Assembly (NCBI GenBank): GCA_976226885.1
Contig: OZ320323.1
Span: forward strand, 31,868,001 to 31,932,000
Direction: 5' to 3'
DNA length: 64,000 nucleotides
Origin: Iphione sp. A-MEVVRFRX5
Taxonomy: Eukaryota
Position numbers and translations under genes: made by a program. Of this stretch, positions 25,601 through 40,216 are shown piece after piece (position 1 is the stretch's first letter; every line of letters begins with the position of its first letter). The notes beneath the pieces were generated by a model, which was given only the letters and a program-made list of their open reading frames with translations, searched no databases and was not told the DNA's origin.

Positions 25601-28600
25601 ATGCACTCCGGAAAGGGTTATTTCTAAATGAATTGGATTGGATTTCGCTCTTCTTTTATACATAGTACATAAGTTCTTCCAAGCTTCCTAAATATAGATG
25701 GAAAACATGCTGTGTAATATGTTTTCAAATTCAGGCTCATTGTGCAGACCTTCCTGTGTGTATGATCTGGTTTTACGGGACTACCTAAGATGGTGCCCTT
25801 TTATAAATTTGAATAACTGGAATTTTGAATATAGGTCTTTCTCGTCGTTACTATAAAGACAATTCATAAGAAGCGTTTCCTTATACATTGTAAACATGGA
25901 CGCACATATACAAGGACATAAAAGAGTACCTAGTATATATACACTTATAAAAACCTCAAAAAGGTGTGAGAAATATGTTGCTGCAGGAACTAAGATAATC
26001 TGTTTCATTTCCCATTGGATTGGCTGCAGATGCGCGACATTCACCATGACAACGTGAACGCCTTTATTGGCGCATGCGTAGACCCTCCGAACTTCATCAT
26101 CGTCTCTGAGTACTGCGCCAAGGGATCCTTGCAGGTCAGTCTCTTTCCTGATTGATATATACTGCCTAAGACCTCTGGAGATACGCACGTTTGCCATTGG
26201 CGACCGAGACAAAGAAGAAAATCGATCTGCACGTCAAGCAGTGTCCAGAACTAACTTCAGACTTTTGAGGGGGAACTTAATTAAACGTCAAGACGAACCT
26301 CCGTCACAAAATTTTACGGACAGTGATTCATCTTTTATCCATCCATCAATGGCACACCTTAAACTAATACATATACAAGTGTATATATCTCCACAGTGTT
26401 GTAAGAATGATCACTTGTTTTTATTGCAGTTGCAATTATACCTCTCTAGGCATGAACTAAGCCCTGTTTATAAACTGCGAAAATTCTCATTATTTTCTTG
26501 ATCTTTTATCAGTCTTGCCCTGTTCCCATGGCAATTTAATAAGTTGAAATAAATTATACTTGAGCTTAGCTTATTTTCAGACTTTCCCGTGCCATATGAC
26601 ATGACATTAGTTTTGTTATTTTACACTCACAGGAATATAGCAGGTATTTTTACCTTTATTTCAAATGCATAAATTTGCATGACAGTTAAAGGGTCAATCA
26701 GGAGATACTGTTGATCTGAACCGATTGTCGTTAAGACATATCTTTAACGGTTGAAGAGCAATTGGACCACGGTTTTGTGAAGAGAAGTCAGTGGGGAAGG
26801 ATATAGACTAGTCGAAGGGTAAGGGTGGGTAGAGGGAGGGAAATGAGGTATTTCAAAGCAAGCGCACTGCCAACACCCACTCCAGTAATGCAGAGATGCA
26901 AATCCTTAGAATCTCAAGTTGTGAGCAAAAAGGCGATGAAAGTACATGTACATGTATATTAGTTCTTGGTGTGCAAAGGTATTTTTAGAGATCTGTCGAA
27001 GAGTGAACTCCTCAGACTGGTTGGTAAATATTGGATGATACTGGGATCTGCAAAGAAAGTTTCAGAACATCGTCTCCTATTTCCCCCCTAAAATAAGATT
27101 AAATTTATTTCATATAGGTAAACATGTTGACGCAAGGTGTTGTGAAATAAAACAAAATTGACAGACCCCCTCCCATCAGAAATAATCTCGAGTGTGTGAC
27201 TTCATTTGCTTCGCTCCTCCTCGACGTCTAGGCGCCCATTGAGTGTATGATTGACAGATGACAGTGGAAGTCATTCAGTAGATGGTAATGTTACAATTCG
27301 GCAGGTGCAGCGGGAACTGTATATGTTCTAGGCAGACTGAAGGTAAATAATACATAATCCACGAAGGCACAGTGGAACGGGAAATGCAGTCTGGGCGATG
27401 CTGATGAATAGCATGCGGAAATTAAATACTGGACAGTAGCAAAAAGATTTTTCTGGAGTATAGCTACAAACTAAATGAGGGGCTTTCCTGGAGTAGCTCG
27501 TACCAACTCCGTGCTGCTCCTCCCTCTTCAGGCCTAGTCATCCTCCATTACTTATCCCAGTGTGGCTTGAGTCTACAGCGCCTTGCTTTACAGTTTATCA
27601 GTTCTCAGTTGAGTGTGCCCGAGGGAAATGGAATTTTTGTCTTCATCAAAAGTTTGATTTTCACTAGGATATTCAAGCACGGGATTTATTATTGCCCGAG
27701 GGAAGTGCCAAATTACATATCTCTTCTTCAAAGTTTAATTTGTCACTGGGATATGCAAGCATGGGGTATATATTTGCCATCTTGTTACATTTCGTCTGAA
27801 TTGAGCTGATGCGCTGTAAATATATGACATAATATCACTCCCAATCCGGAGAATTGCTATACACCCAATACATATATGCAGTGTTATTTGTAACCATTTT
27901 CATTATAAAACATCCTCTTCATTATCACCTTCAGCAAGTATCACTCTGGCCGACCATTTGCACCCTCTGTCCTATTATTTATGATGAGGAGGTCTTCACC
28001 GATCCAACATTAGGTGTTGGCATATGTATACATGTACCCGCATTCATCCTAGGCTCTGGATATTTTAGAATTCACCTTTCTTGCAATATATATTCACTGT
28101 TTAAAGTCAGTTGTAAATCTTCGTCAAGGTGCAGTACTTTGGAATAGCAACTATTTTGCTGCAGTGATGGACGAATTAAATATATGTATGAATATTTCAT
28201 GTAGTTAAAATGATTGCAAGTACAGTCAACTCTCTTTCAAAGACCAGACCACAGAAGAGACCAAACTGGGTTAGAGACCAGCTTTTAGCAGAAACAAGAG
28301 CGTATGCATGTCTATATAGATCGAAGGTACCACAAAAGAGACCATACCTCAACAGAGACCAGATTTCTCCAACGCCAGAGGTGGTCTTATAAGCTAGAGT
28401 CGACTCCAAGTGTCCTTGGATCTATGCATCCTGTGCTCATTCCAAGTACACATGTTCTCACAGCCCCTGTCCCAGTGGTCAGTTGAAATCCTCCAGTTTG
28501 TGAGTTGGAAGGCTCCTCTGAGGCCCTTTAATAGGATGCAGCTTCGCGTGCTGCTCCATTAGCTAAGAATACAAGACATAGCTAACCGCCACCGGGGAAA

Positions 28601-31600
28601 TAGCGACTGGATGCTATGGGCAGGCATCATGTCCAAGGCTGTCACCACTGATGTCACATCCATCGAAGACGCCTGCACTAAACCCATAGGGGATTCTTTA
28701 ATAAGCTTGAGAAGATATCTTACTATCGAGGGTTTCACAGACCACATTGGAATACAGTAGAAAGCCACCTTCGGCACACGTTTAGATATAGGAACAAGTC
28801 CCAAATAGGGCCAGTTTTAAGGAAAATATATTGTCTTTTCTATATATGAAAAGATGTCTCTAATGGGGACATGTCTCAATAAAGAATAGTTTGGGAAAGT
28901 AATCTAAGGTGTCCCACTTAGAGAAGCTTCCACTGTAGAAATAAGCAGTCGGCAACATGTAGAATATCTGGTCTACTCCTAATGATAAAACATACTTCTT
29001 ATTGTATATCGAACAGATTATAATGAGAATGCTTTGTAGGAAATCACTATCAATATATTCACCAAATTAGCCATGATGTCAGTTTTTAATATTTGGCATT
29101 ATTCTTGATGTCAAAAAAGGGAGTGTATTATCAATGACTCTGTGTGTATGTCTGTGAGGGAGATAGACAAAGTGTCTGTGTCTGTATGTGTATGTGTAGG
29201 GTCGCTAGATGAGTATTGTGAGGATTGGACGCTGCTGCTGCCCATAGGTCTCACTACAGTTTCCTAACCTCGTCGCCCTGCAAGCTTGCATTATTCAAAT
29301 ACATTTCTCTGTTACAGGACATCTTGGAGAACGACGATCTGAAACTGGACTCTATGTTCATCGCTTCGCTGGTGATGGACCTGATTAAAGTAAGTGACAG
29401 GGATGCTGCCTCTAATGAGATCAGGTATCAGATTCCGTCCGTGACTTAATACCATATTGATGTTACATGCCACATGCAATGAGCGTCCAATTATCTCATA
29501 ATAACGATTTATTACATCAGACGAAGAAATGATTACATTATAACAACTGTCTCTCCTTTTTTACCTTTTTTAAGTCCTCGTGCAATTTTGTCTTTGTCAG
29601 TTAAGTTCGTTTTCACCCTTTATTGTGATAACCTAATACTCAGGGGAATATAGTCTGCTTGGCAGCAGGCGTCCAAACCCCAATACAAAAAACTGTATAC
29701 GGTAGTCTGAAGCCTATCAGCTATTAAGTAAACAACCTTCCCTAGAAGAAAGATACGAAATGAAGCAATTTGCAAGGCGTTAACTTCAGAGGGCACCTTC
29801 ATGCTATTAAAGAAAATCTCAAACATCAATCTCATTAAAAATATGTATTCACTCTTGGCACACCTTTTATCCATGGGTTATACCCTGATTAGCTATGCGG
29901 GGTTCTTAAAATGCCTGTACTGCGCCCCACCCTGTGGCAGTCATGAGGTATCAGCAGCTTGATCTTCCCTGTCTAACGGGACCGAACTCCCGGGTCAGCA
30001 ATCTGTCAGGCTGAAAGGTGCAGATAAAACAATGGGGAAAGTTCTTCTGGTATTTGTCGAAGCTAATGGATGGAGAGGACAGGGAGGAGTCGCTATTCAC
30101 TTTAAATATTCAATAGGAAAAAAAACCTGTGCTCACTTATACTGCACAGACTCAAAAAAACATGGTTAGGAAACGTATGGTTCTTGTGTCTCTTTGTTTT
30201 GGCTTTGTACTTTGGTCACGATTGCTTGACTCCCCAAATTGTAGTGACTCACCATAACGCATCTAAAATTACGTATTGATGGGCAGATTGACTGAACTCA
30301 CTCTGGCTTTATATGGGATTACTTACCGGTTAGGCTAATTGACTGACCACACTATAACTTTATGAAAGAATTTTATTGATAGGCCGACTGAGAACGCACT
30401 ATAACTTAAAGTTTGATTATGTAATGGTAAATTGATTGGCTAAACTTTGTTTTTACATTCTGTAACTTCCAATTACACTTGCAGACTAAACTGGCTATAG
30501 CCTCACATAGATCTATGTAATGAGGAGATGATTGCTTGAACTGATTGTAGCTTCATACGGGATTATATACTGACAGGTTGATTGTAGGTTGATACGTAGG
30601 ATACATAGGTCTATAACTAAATGAGGTTATGGAATGAACCGATTATACCTGTGTCCATGTAGGTTTAATTATTAATGAGCTGAGTGGCTGAATTGACCAT
30701 ACCTTTACGTAGGGTTGCCTCTAAATAGGCCTGTGGAATGCCCTAATTAATACCTGTGTACGTGTAGGTTTACTCATTGGTGAGCTACTCACCTTGCAGG
30801 GAATGATCTTCCTACACGACAGTGAGCTGCACACGCATGGGCGGCTCAAGTCATCCAACTGCGTAGTGACGTCACGCTGGACACTCCAAGTGGCCGACTA
30901 CGGGCTGTATGAGCTACGCGAGGGGGAGCAAGAGGAGAATGAGCACGCCTACTACCGCAGTGAGTTACCATTTAAAATAATTCATATTCTGTTACAGTTA
31001 TGCTTAACAAAGATACTTTTAGGGGCTACCTAAGTGAAGGAGGATACAAGTATGGATTGTCTATACATTTCCTTATTCATTGAACTAATTTCAAATGTGA
31101 TATATCCCAGGAAGGATTTGTTTTAGATGGGCCCTGTTAACGTTAGGTTAGATGGCAAGTTATATGTGGTATGTTCAGCAACATGAATAAACGTTTATTA
31201 ATACATCTTCTGAAATATATCAAGACCAAGGGTTTAACTATGCCATGTATGCCATGGATTTCCTGGGTCTTGGAGTTACTGGATGGTTCGATTCCATTGT
31301 CACCTGCCACAAGCGCCTGTGTTGCTTGCAATGGTTGTTTACAGGGAGGGGGAATATTCTCTGATGACGTCATCAGTGAGAAATCTGTCAATTGACCTTT
31401 CTTACTAGACCCTTAACATATCTTGTTTCTTTAAACAGAAAAGCACACATGAAAGTCTATTTTCTAAAAGTATTGACTTCAGCTGAAATTTGGTGCTTCA
31501 TAAATCACATTAGTGTGAGAAAAAACAACATGGGATCTACTTTTCAGTCTACTTCCAGGAACCATTTTATAAGTGTAGTGTAAATATCATAACTCAAGCA

Positions 31601-32338
31601 ATAAGCAACTCACACCTTCCAGCCAGAACATACACGAATGTCACCCACATATGCATTTAATTTTTTTTATATTTCTCATGTTTTGGGGGGGGAAACTATA
31701 GAAGAGAGATTGTCATACATCAAAATATCTAATTGTGGAATTGAGTAAGAACCCATAGTTTTTTATTGGGCCATAATGTAAGAATGTTCTGGAATGAGCA
31801 GACAAAAGTCTGAGTCGTTTACGGTGTGAATTGGAGATAGTGCAATTTGGTTATGTTGTCAGTTGGCAGTAGCACAAGATGCTCCAGAAAGTGAGTCAAA
31901 AGTGATGAAGGTTAGTTACCGTGTGAGTCGACAATGGGGTGCAGTTTTGCTAAACGTCAATACAACACGAAAATGACGACTAATCATACGACTCGCATTG
32001 GGAAATAGACCAATTCGTGAGCTGTGAAAACGGATGGTGGGTGAAGAGGAGGAAGGCCAACACATTAAGAGGAAAAAACCACAACTGTCATCTTTTAAAC
32101 TGGTTTGGTGCCAAATTAACTAGTGCTGCTTATTTCACGGAGAGATCCTTTTCAAGATGCGTTTTAGCGCGTCGTAAATAAGAGGAATTAATATGGACAA
32201 AATAAAATCAAGGAAGCCTTCCTCTGCTCTGTTTTAAGGAGGTCATAACGAACCGAAGAGATCAGAAATCTATTGGATGCATATCGTAAAAAGTTGTCTC
32301 TCTCTTGGTCTGTCTGTCCTTCACTAGCCTCCTATTTC

Positions 32339-32373
<35 letters not shown>

Positions 32374-34998
32374 TGCCATGTATGTCCATCTGTCCATGTA
32401 ACTCTAAATGGAGTTATCCCTCTCCCCTCATAAATTAATTCTTTCTCCATCCCTGTATATCTTTCTCTTTAGGGTCATCTCTTCCATATTCCCATGTCTC
32501 CCTCTGACTCCATCTACCCACCTTCCTCATTGTCTATCTACAGATGTGTGCCTCCTCTTACAATCGTTGCATCTTTGTCGGTCTTCAGACTGCACGTACA
32601 ATCGATCGTTTCATCCGTACTGTCCAATAGTTTCGCGCCTTTCTTCTTCGCTCTGTTCCATCTCGCTCTTCGTCCTCATAAAGCTCCATTTATTTGCGTG
32701 ACCACTGACGGCCCCGTCCCTCTGAAAGTGGTCGCAGCGCCGTTCGGTCTCTTAAGACCTCGCTTCCCTATGCGCATCGCTAATTTCATTGACACGAGAC
32801 TGAAATCTTAACCACACATAAAAAGGAATCACCTGGCTCGTATCCTACTCGTTGACATCCCATTCTGTGGGTTTCCCACCCAGGCGCGCCTGCCGAAGAG
32901 AGCCATTCACCGCCTCGTCCTTGCAGCCCCACATATCGATAAATCAGCAATTCTACTAATCGAATCAGTCCATTTCCTCCTCTAGGTGCCCAGGACACCT
33001 TTCACACCATTCGCGTCCTCTTACAGCCAAGACTGCGAATTGACTGTTTTTCGCAATTGGGAAGATCAACCCGAAATTTTGAAAGTGCTTTGAAACTTAT
33101 CGCCTAATATTCAAATAGCTAAGCAGTAAACCTGGGAAGATGAAGGAAATAAAAGTGGAAATGAAAGATTCGTTCCGTCAATATTGTAAATGACTAAGGA
33201 TCCAGTCAGTTAGATATTGAAGTACTGCAACAAAGTGCAATGAGATAAGGTCAGTATTTAACTCTGAAGTCAGAAAAAAACACTGGACAGTGCCCTCTGT
33301 AGAGTTCATATTATACCCTTTAATGTTAGCATCGCTGTTATATCCAGGTAATGTAACGCACAGACTCCAGTATGTTGTTATTGTTTCAATTGACTCGTGA
33401 CCTTGTGTCTAGCTCATCTCCGAGGTCCAGGGGCGCCGTACTCAAGTTGGTCTGATCATGAAATACATTGATCAGTATAACTGACAAAATCTGCTCTCTA
33501 TCTGTATCAGCTACAGCTACTTTTACAAGAAAATAAATAGCACTAAGCACAAAACTTGTCGAATTCAATTTCATACTAAGTATTATTACACTGTCTGCTT
33601 TTTCCTCATACGGGGACACTTTCCGAATAAAAGTCCAAATATATAGTCGTAACCACACTGTTATACAGATCTAAAATGTTATGGCCAGATAACCTACAAC
33701 TGGAACAGGCAGCAGACCAGATACTCCGTGATGTGCAAGAAATTGAGAAATTAGGAAGTAAATCATTGGCAGCTGCTGGTCTAAAAGGTGCACTCCGCGC
33801 TGGTACTTCCTTTCTCGGTTTTTATTCACCTAACCAGTCGTGGCACAGAGGGAAACGTCCTCGCGCTCTAATTAGGAGGTTCCGAATGTACAGTGACGGG
33901 CGTGCTGATAGGTGTCAATGGGCTACAACGGGATGGAAGGTGGGGTGGGGGGGAGGGGCATGAATCAGTTAGCGGGCCTGGAGAAAGCCATTGCACTGAC
34001 GACAAGCGCATTCTCTTATCTGCCGATTACTGAGGTGTGCGGGCAATTATAAAGTTAGTCCACGGTCATTTCGGAGGTGTTCAATGGGCTCTCCGGGTGA
34101 TTATGATGCCTTTAAACTCAATGGGAGCACCATAAAGTGTGGCAGGTGGCTAGGGCCTGCGCCTGAATCACCTTTATATGAGCTGGGATAATGCGTATTT
34201 GTGTGCCCACGCGTGTGCATGGGAGACAGTAATACGTAATGATGGCAAGGATCGAAAGTATGTAATGATGAACGTTTCGAAGTATAAAATGCTCATTATC
34301 TAATTAAAGTTATTTAATGACAGGCTTGATGGAGACAATAATATTACAGCGACGACAAAATTAGAGAATTTATGTAAATAAGCTGTGATGAATGAGATGC
34401 CTAGGGATCATGCCGAATATGAGATAACAAAATAGGCTGATCTAAGTAGCAAGTGATTATGTATCCGTACAAATGTACTTTTATTGTGGCGTCGAACATA
34501 TATACATGTATACATGTTGACACCCCGTCTATGTGAAGGAGAATGGTTTGTATGACGGTGGGCGGGATGTGTGTGGGAAGGTCGACTGTGCGAGGGAGAA
34601 AAGTTTGTTTGAGGGAAGGTACACTACAGAAAGGATGGTGGGCTGTATGTTAAAGTGTCTGTGTAAGGGAGGATAGTCTTTCTCTGTCTCTCTATGTGTA
34701 AATGTATGTATGTGTATCTCTCTTTCCCTCTACACTAGACACATCAATGGATTATTTTTATTCAATAGGTCATAGTAGAAACAGCAAGTATTAATCTATC
34801 GTCGCATCCCTAGAGAGCAGCAAGTCGTATCCATAAGTGGAAGTGACCTGCATGTAGAAGTGATGACCTTGGTGAGGTAGAGAGGGAAATCACATCCGTT
34901 TAGAACAAGAGGCACCTGTGTGTGTGGTTTTTTTTATTGTGAGAAAGAGCTGGAGAGTCAGCGACATATACTGTATATGTATTTGGGAAGGTAAACGT

Positions 34999-35089
<91 letters not shown>

Positions 35090-38000
35090 ATAGTCGCCCA
35101 TGTGTGACACCAATGTTTGATGTGAGGATGACCTGCTCCGAATTGCTCACTCTTGCGCTGACTCTTGCTCTTCGATTGCAGATAAACTGTGGACGGCGCC
35201 CGAGCTCATGCGCTCCAAGAACCCGCCCCGGCGAGGCACGCAGAAGGGCGACGTCTACGCCTTCGGTATCGTCCTGTACGAGATTATTGGACGAGTAGGG
35301 CCGTACGGGAACATCAATATGTTACCGAAAGGTAGGTGCAGCGTCGACCGCCTCGCGTAATGCAATTAAAGATCAGGAGGAACTGCCGGGCCCATCACGT
35401 GTCTCCCTGAAGGCTACTCGCCAATCGTCACACACCAGGCACCTGCGGCTACCTACCTCATCGCCTAATTATGTTTATCTTGTCTGTCGGGATAAATCAG
35501 TTTGTATCGGTATAGTTCTCCCTGCAACACCCCCCCCCCCTTCCCGCTCCACTCCCCCTTTCTAGTTACACTTCAGAGCAGGGTTCCTGTACGAGGAGAA
35601 AGTTGACTTCATGCTGTGTTGCGATGGCGCACTCCACAATGTACGGGTGTGTTTGTTATATTTGAATTATTAACGAACACTTAACTTCCTTTCCATGCAT
35701 CCAGAAATCCTGTACACAGAACCGGGGCTGGGAGTGTGTGATAATCGATCCCACCATATTTCAATGTATCCTACCCGTGCATGTGTATTTCACACACACG
35801 GTTCCGTGTGCATTGTCATAATCCAACATGGTCCGGTCTGCCCAGACACAGATCTGTGTGTGTGGTGCGTGACACAGTCATTTTCTAGCAATATCAGTTC
35901 ACAATAGTCCCCCTAGGGGTCGTTTCATCTATTGTTTTGGCTATGGATACATGGAAAGGCCCTCAAGCACCATGCACCATGTTGTGCCAGGACACCCCAC
36001 TGTCTCCAAAAGTTGTCAGATGCATGGAAAGACCGCCTTATTAGTGTGCATTTATATCATGTTTACCCTTCCTTCAGCAGGAGGTTGAAGTTCAGGACTA
36101 TCCATCCTGCGATTTCTCGGCTCAGTGAGTCATATAGATAACACAGAAGGCTAGAATCACAGCTGGCGGTGTTTAGTTAAGTATTTCCCACCTGATTAAT
36201 AGATACCAGCGTTTAAAATAGTTTGTCTGTTAATTATGTGTAGGTTCTCGGTTGTCTATCAAACAAAATCCCTTTTCCGTTCATCCAACGCACGAGCAAG
36301 GACTGAAAATTTCCACTTTTCGTTTGGTCAACATTGGAAGGTGTGCTTGGACCATGACCACATTCTCACGAGTGCGCACTCAACTATGTAGGTGTTTGAC
36401 ATCTCAGACAAACTAGTTTCATTCTACATGAATAATCAAAGGTATACTGTTTCGGTGGACGGTGTGACGAGTTTCACGGATGTGTCTCTGCAACGAATTG
36501 ATTCAGTAAAATCATATAAAGTAGGGACCCGTGTACGAGACCACTGGGGACCTTACAATGTGCATATATGTATACGTGATAGATACAGCACGAGTAGAGC
36601 ACTGTACGCGATATATTACTGTATAATCGTCGAGACAAAATCGTGGTCTCTTCCCTTGTTTGTTTCCCCTTGTTAACCTTGTCTTTAACGGAGTCTGCGC
36701 TGTATCGAATTACATTTCTGTCACAAGTCCTCAACCACAGTACCGTCAAACATGTGGTGTGACGAGAGAAAGAAAGTACACTCATGTTTAGAAAATGCGT
36801 TTTTTTATCTAGAGACAATGAAGATGCAATATATAGTAATCCACAATAGAAACCGTGGAATGGGACCGGCCAGTTTTGTCCATAATAGAGCGTTGTCTGT
36901 ATTAGCGAGTTGTTTTTCTTATAAATTGTATGATTTTGGGTGCTCTTCTAGCTGAGTTGCCCATGGAGTAAATCACGTACTTTTCTATACAGTTGAAGAC
37001 TAGGGGAACACATTCAGCCAGAACAGAATCATATTTTGGCTATACATTGTATCAGCCAAGATTGGAGACAACCCCTTGATGAGGACACCGTCATCGAGAA
37101 CCCAGGGTGTCCGAAGTTATGAGGTTCTTCTGTATTTACTTAAAGCATGACATTCATCTTGATTTCTAGGGGGTTGTACTTGAAACCCGGCTTCGCCTCG
37201 CTAATTCCTACATAACAACCCTTCAATCATTTTGTATCTAACGTTTTAATATAAAGGGCGTTTCTTCCTTTCCCTTTCGTCCTCAGACATTATATACTTT
37301 GTGATGCACCCGAAAGGGGACGTGTACTTCCGACCAGACACCTCCGACCTGTCCTGCCAGGACTGGATGAAGCAAACGATAAAGGACTGTTGGGCGGAAG
37401 TGCCCGACACCAGGCCCGACTTCCGGATCATACGCACGCGTCTGAAACCCATGCGGCAGGGAATGTAAGTAAAATGAGACCGACGTTTAGCAAAATGCAT
37501 GAAGAATCGATGTCGTCGTTACCAGCTGGGCTTTAATAATATGAGACTATATTGCTATTAGTTTGAATACTGATTTAAGCTTCCAGGAAAAGAAATATAG
37601 ACAACATATCGCTGTTCATTATCATGTCACAATTTCTTCATTGGAGGACAACAGTGCTTGCATGTACATGTATATGTATCTAGGAATGTGTATTGCCAGA
37701 AGGCAGTAGATATCTTAATACAGGCCGACTGTTAATATTTTTGAGTAGTAGCGATGCAGTCTCAGACCACAGAGTAAATTCAAAGATCTTGCCTGTTCGT
37801 AGGACTTTCCATATCGAATACGTCAGACAATAACATATCCAATTGTCTTGACACATTGGCAAAGAAATATCAAGAATATTTCGAATGCAAATAGTCTGTT
37901 TTACCAGAAACAATGAAAATAAGGACCTTTCAGGACCTCTCTTATACCACAACAGATTGAACTGAATGGTAGAATGACTAAATATTTACAATGTTATCTG

Positions 38001-40165
38001 GCTGGTGATGTACCAAAGCAACGTTATTTCTGACAATCAAACTGCAATCTACCTCTTGATCTCTTCTTTATACATTTGTATCATGACAAGATAGGTAGCA
38101 AAGTAATGATGCAGTTGAACAACCTTTTTTCCTTGTTTCTCCGTGAGCAGGAAATCAAACATCATGGACAATATGATGGAGATGATGGAGAAATACCAGC
38201 TTCACCTGGAGGACCTGGTGGCGGATAGAACTGAGAAGCTTATAGAGGAGAAACGTAAGACCGAGGGGCTCCTGCATCGCATGCTGCCCAGGTAAAGCAT
38301 TACATGTATATACAAGAATAATGAGTTTTATTGCTTAAGCGATGGTAGGAAGAGGTATCCGAACAGCACAAAGCCCAACCCAAAACTCTGACTGGGGCCC
38401 GCAGGGAGCAGCCCTCATACAGCACTCCCCTGGCCCCCTGGGGGGTCCCCTGGAGTGCTGCTCTCCACCCGCCAATGCCGCAATCCGCCTGCCTTACATA
38501 CTCCGCACCCACACCTTGGGGGGGGGGGGGCTGGCATCCTCATGCCGCACTCCGCTACAGTAGGACAAGTACCGTTTCTATTGCATCCTTCAATCACTCT
38601 CAAGCCACCTATTCTGATGGTCCCTCTGTGGCATAACTAAAGGGTTTCTGTACGTAAAACCATGATACATGAAGATAACGTGTTTAATAATGAGAGTAAG
38701 TGCCCACGTGTACCAGAACTCCTGTACGACCCTAGGTACACTTTGGCAGGCTCAACTTCGGTGGGAAAAGCTCTGGTCGCTTGCAGGTGAACATAAATGC
38801 TAAACGTCATGTCATCATCACGGTATCCTGGATGAGGAATGACTCAATCGTGACCTTAATGGGAAAAAATCGAGCAATTTCCCAGTCAGCTCCAGCATTC
38901 TAGTTACTGAACAGTTTTAATTCCGATCCTCCTCAATCTTTCCACAGGTTGACTAGATGGCCATAAAACCTACGGCGATCCATCTTTTTTTCCTTATAAA
39001 CGTATCGGGCTATTTATCCAAGCTGCAAATGGGAGAGCTATCCTGTAAGCCCTGCAGTACCAATGGGAACATGCGGCGTTATTTTAGGAACGTAATGGTA
39101 TGACTTAAGATTTGCGTTCCATGAACCTTTCGTTTGAACTTACCAAACTAAGAAATCTCTTCCATCCCGTCGGCTAAAGGATCACGTTGTAGGGACATCT
39201 AGATTACTGGTACACGCTCTGTGTCCAGCAGTAAAATGTTCATTTTGGGGACCAGTGATCCAACAGGCGTCGTCTCTCGGGAGAATATCACTTTTGCCAG
39301 TTACCTATTTCTATCTATCGCTATAGTAGTGGTACATACTTGAAAACCTATGACAGTTTCCCAGGTTGTGATGGTGAGCTCCACTTTGTTGCCCTGTACT
39401 TTTGACAAAGGTCCGTCTCATTTATTCCAGTATATAGGTCATTCTAATGTTAATGCCATTGACTATAAAGCTGTAAACGACACAAATATGGACACGAGTC
39501 ATATATATTCATTATAATTCAGGATAAATGAAGTCATTAATTCAGGATAAAATGAAGGTATTCAACTTAAGGTTGAATTGATTTATGGCGTAGTTGAATC
39601 CTTAAGCTGTATTTACGGGCAATATTGCACATAGATGTGCTTTTAACGGTAAGTAACTAATTTGTTCTGTCCCATGTACCAAAATCACAAATTTGGTCAA
39701 AAAGGGGATGGTAAGTAGCATATTTCACAGCTTATTGAAATTTGTTTTTATTACGATACCAATCTCTTTCACCGTGATTATTGCTTTCATTCTAACCAAG
39801 GAACATATATATTTTGCAGAGAAATAAAAAATGAACATGTCATTTATGCAGTGTGGTTTCCATCTTGAACAGAACAGCACATATTTACCCATTCAGACTA
39901 TATAACCAGCACCAGTTGTACAGTAGAGTCCCATCCATTACAAGTGCAACCTAATCATTCTTCAGAGTATATGGTCTACATTATTAACGTTATAATTATG
40001 CAAGCTGTGGCTTGCGTCTTCACTACGTTCTTCACAAACCACAAGGGCAATGCTCACGGTTAGAAAACCATCGCCCTCAGCCCAGTCACATTCTCACCTT
40101 GCATCCCGTATTAGAGATGCAATTATATGATAGATAGAGTTAGGTCCCTACAGCAATAATTCATC

Positions 40166-40216
<51 letters not shown>

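Noticed and set aside
31270-31300. tRNA or SINE B-box GGTTCGATTCC
   Set aside because: No correctly spaced A-box and no cloverleaf.
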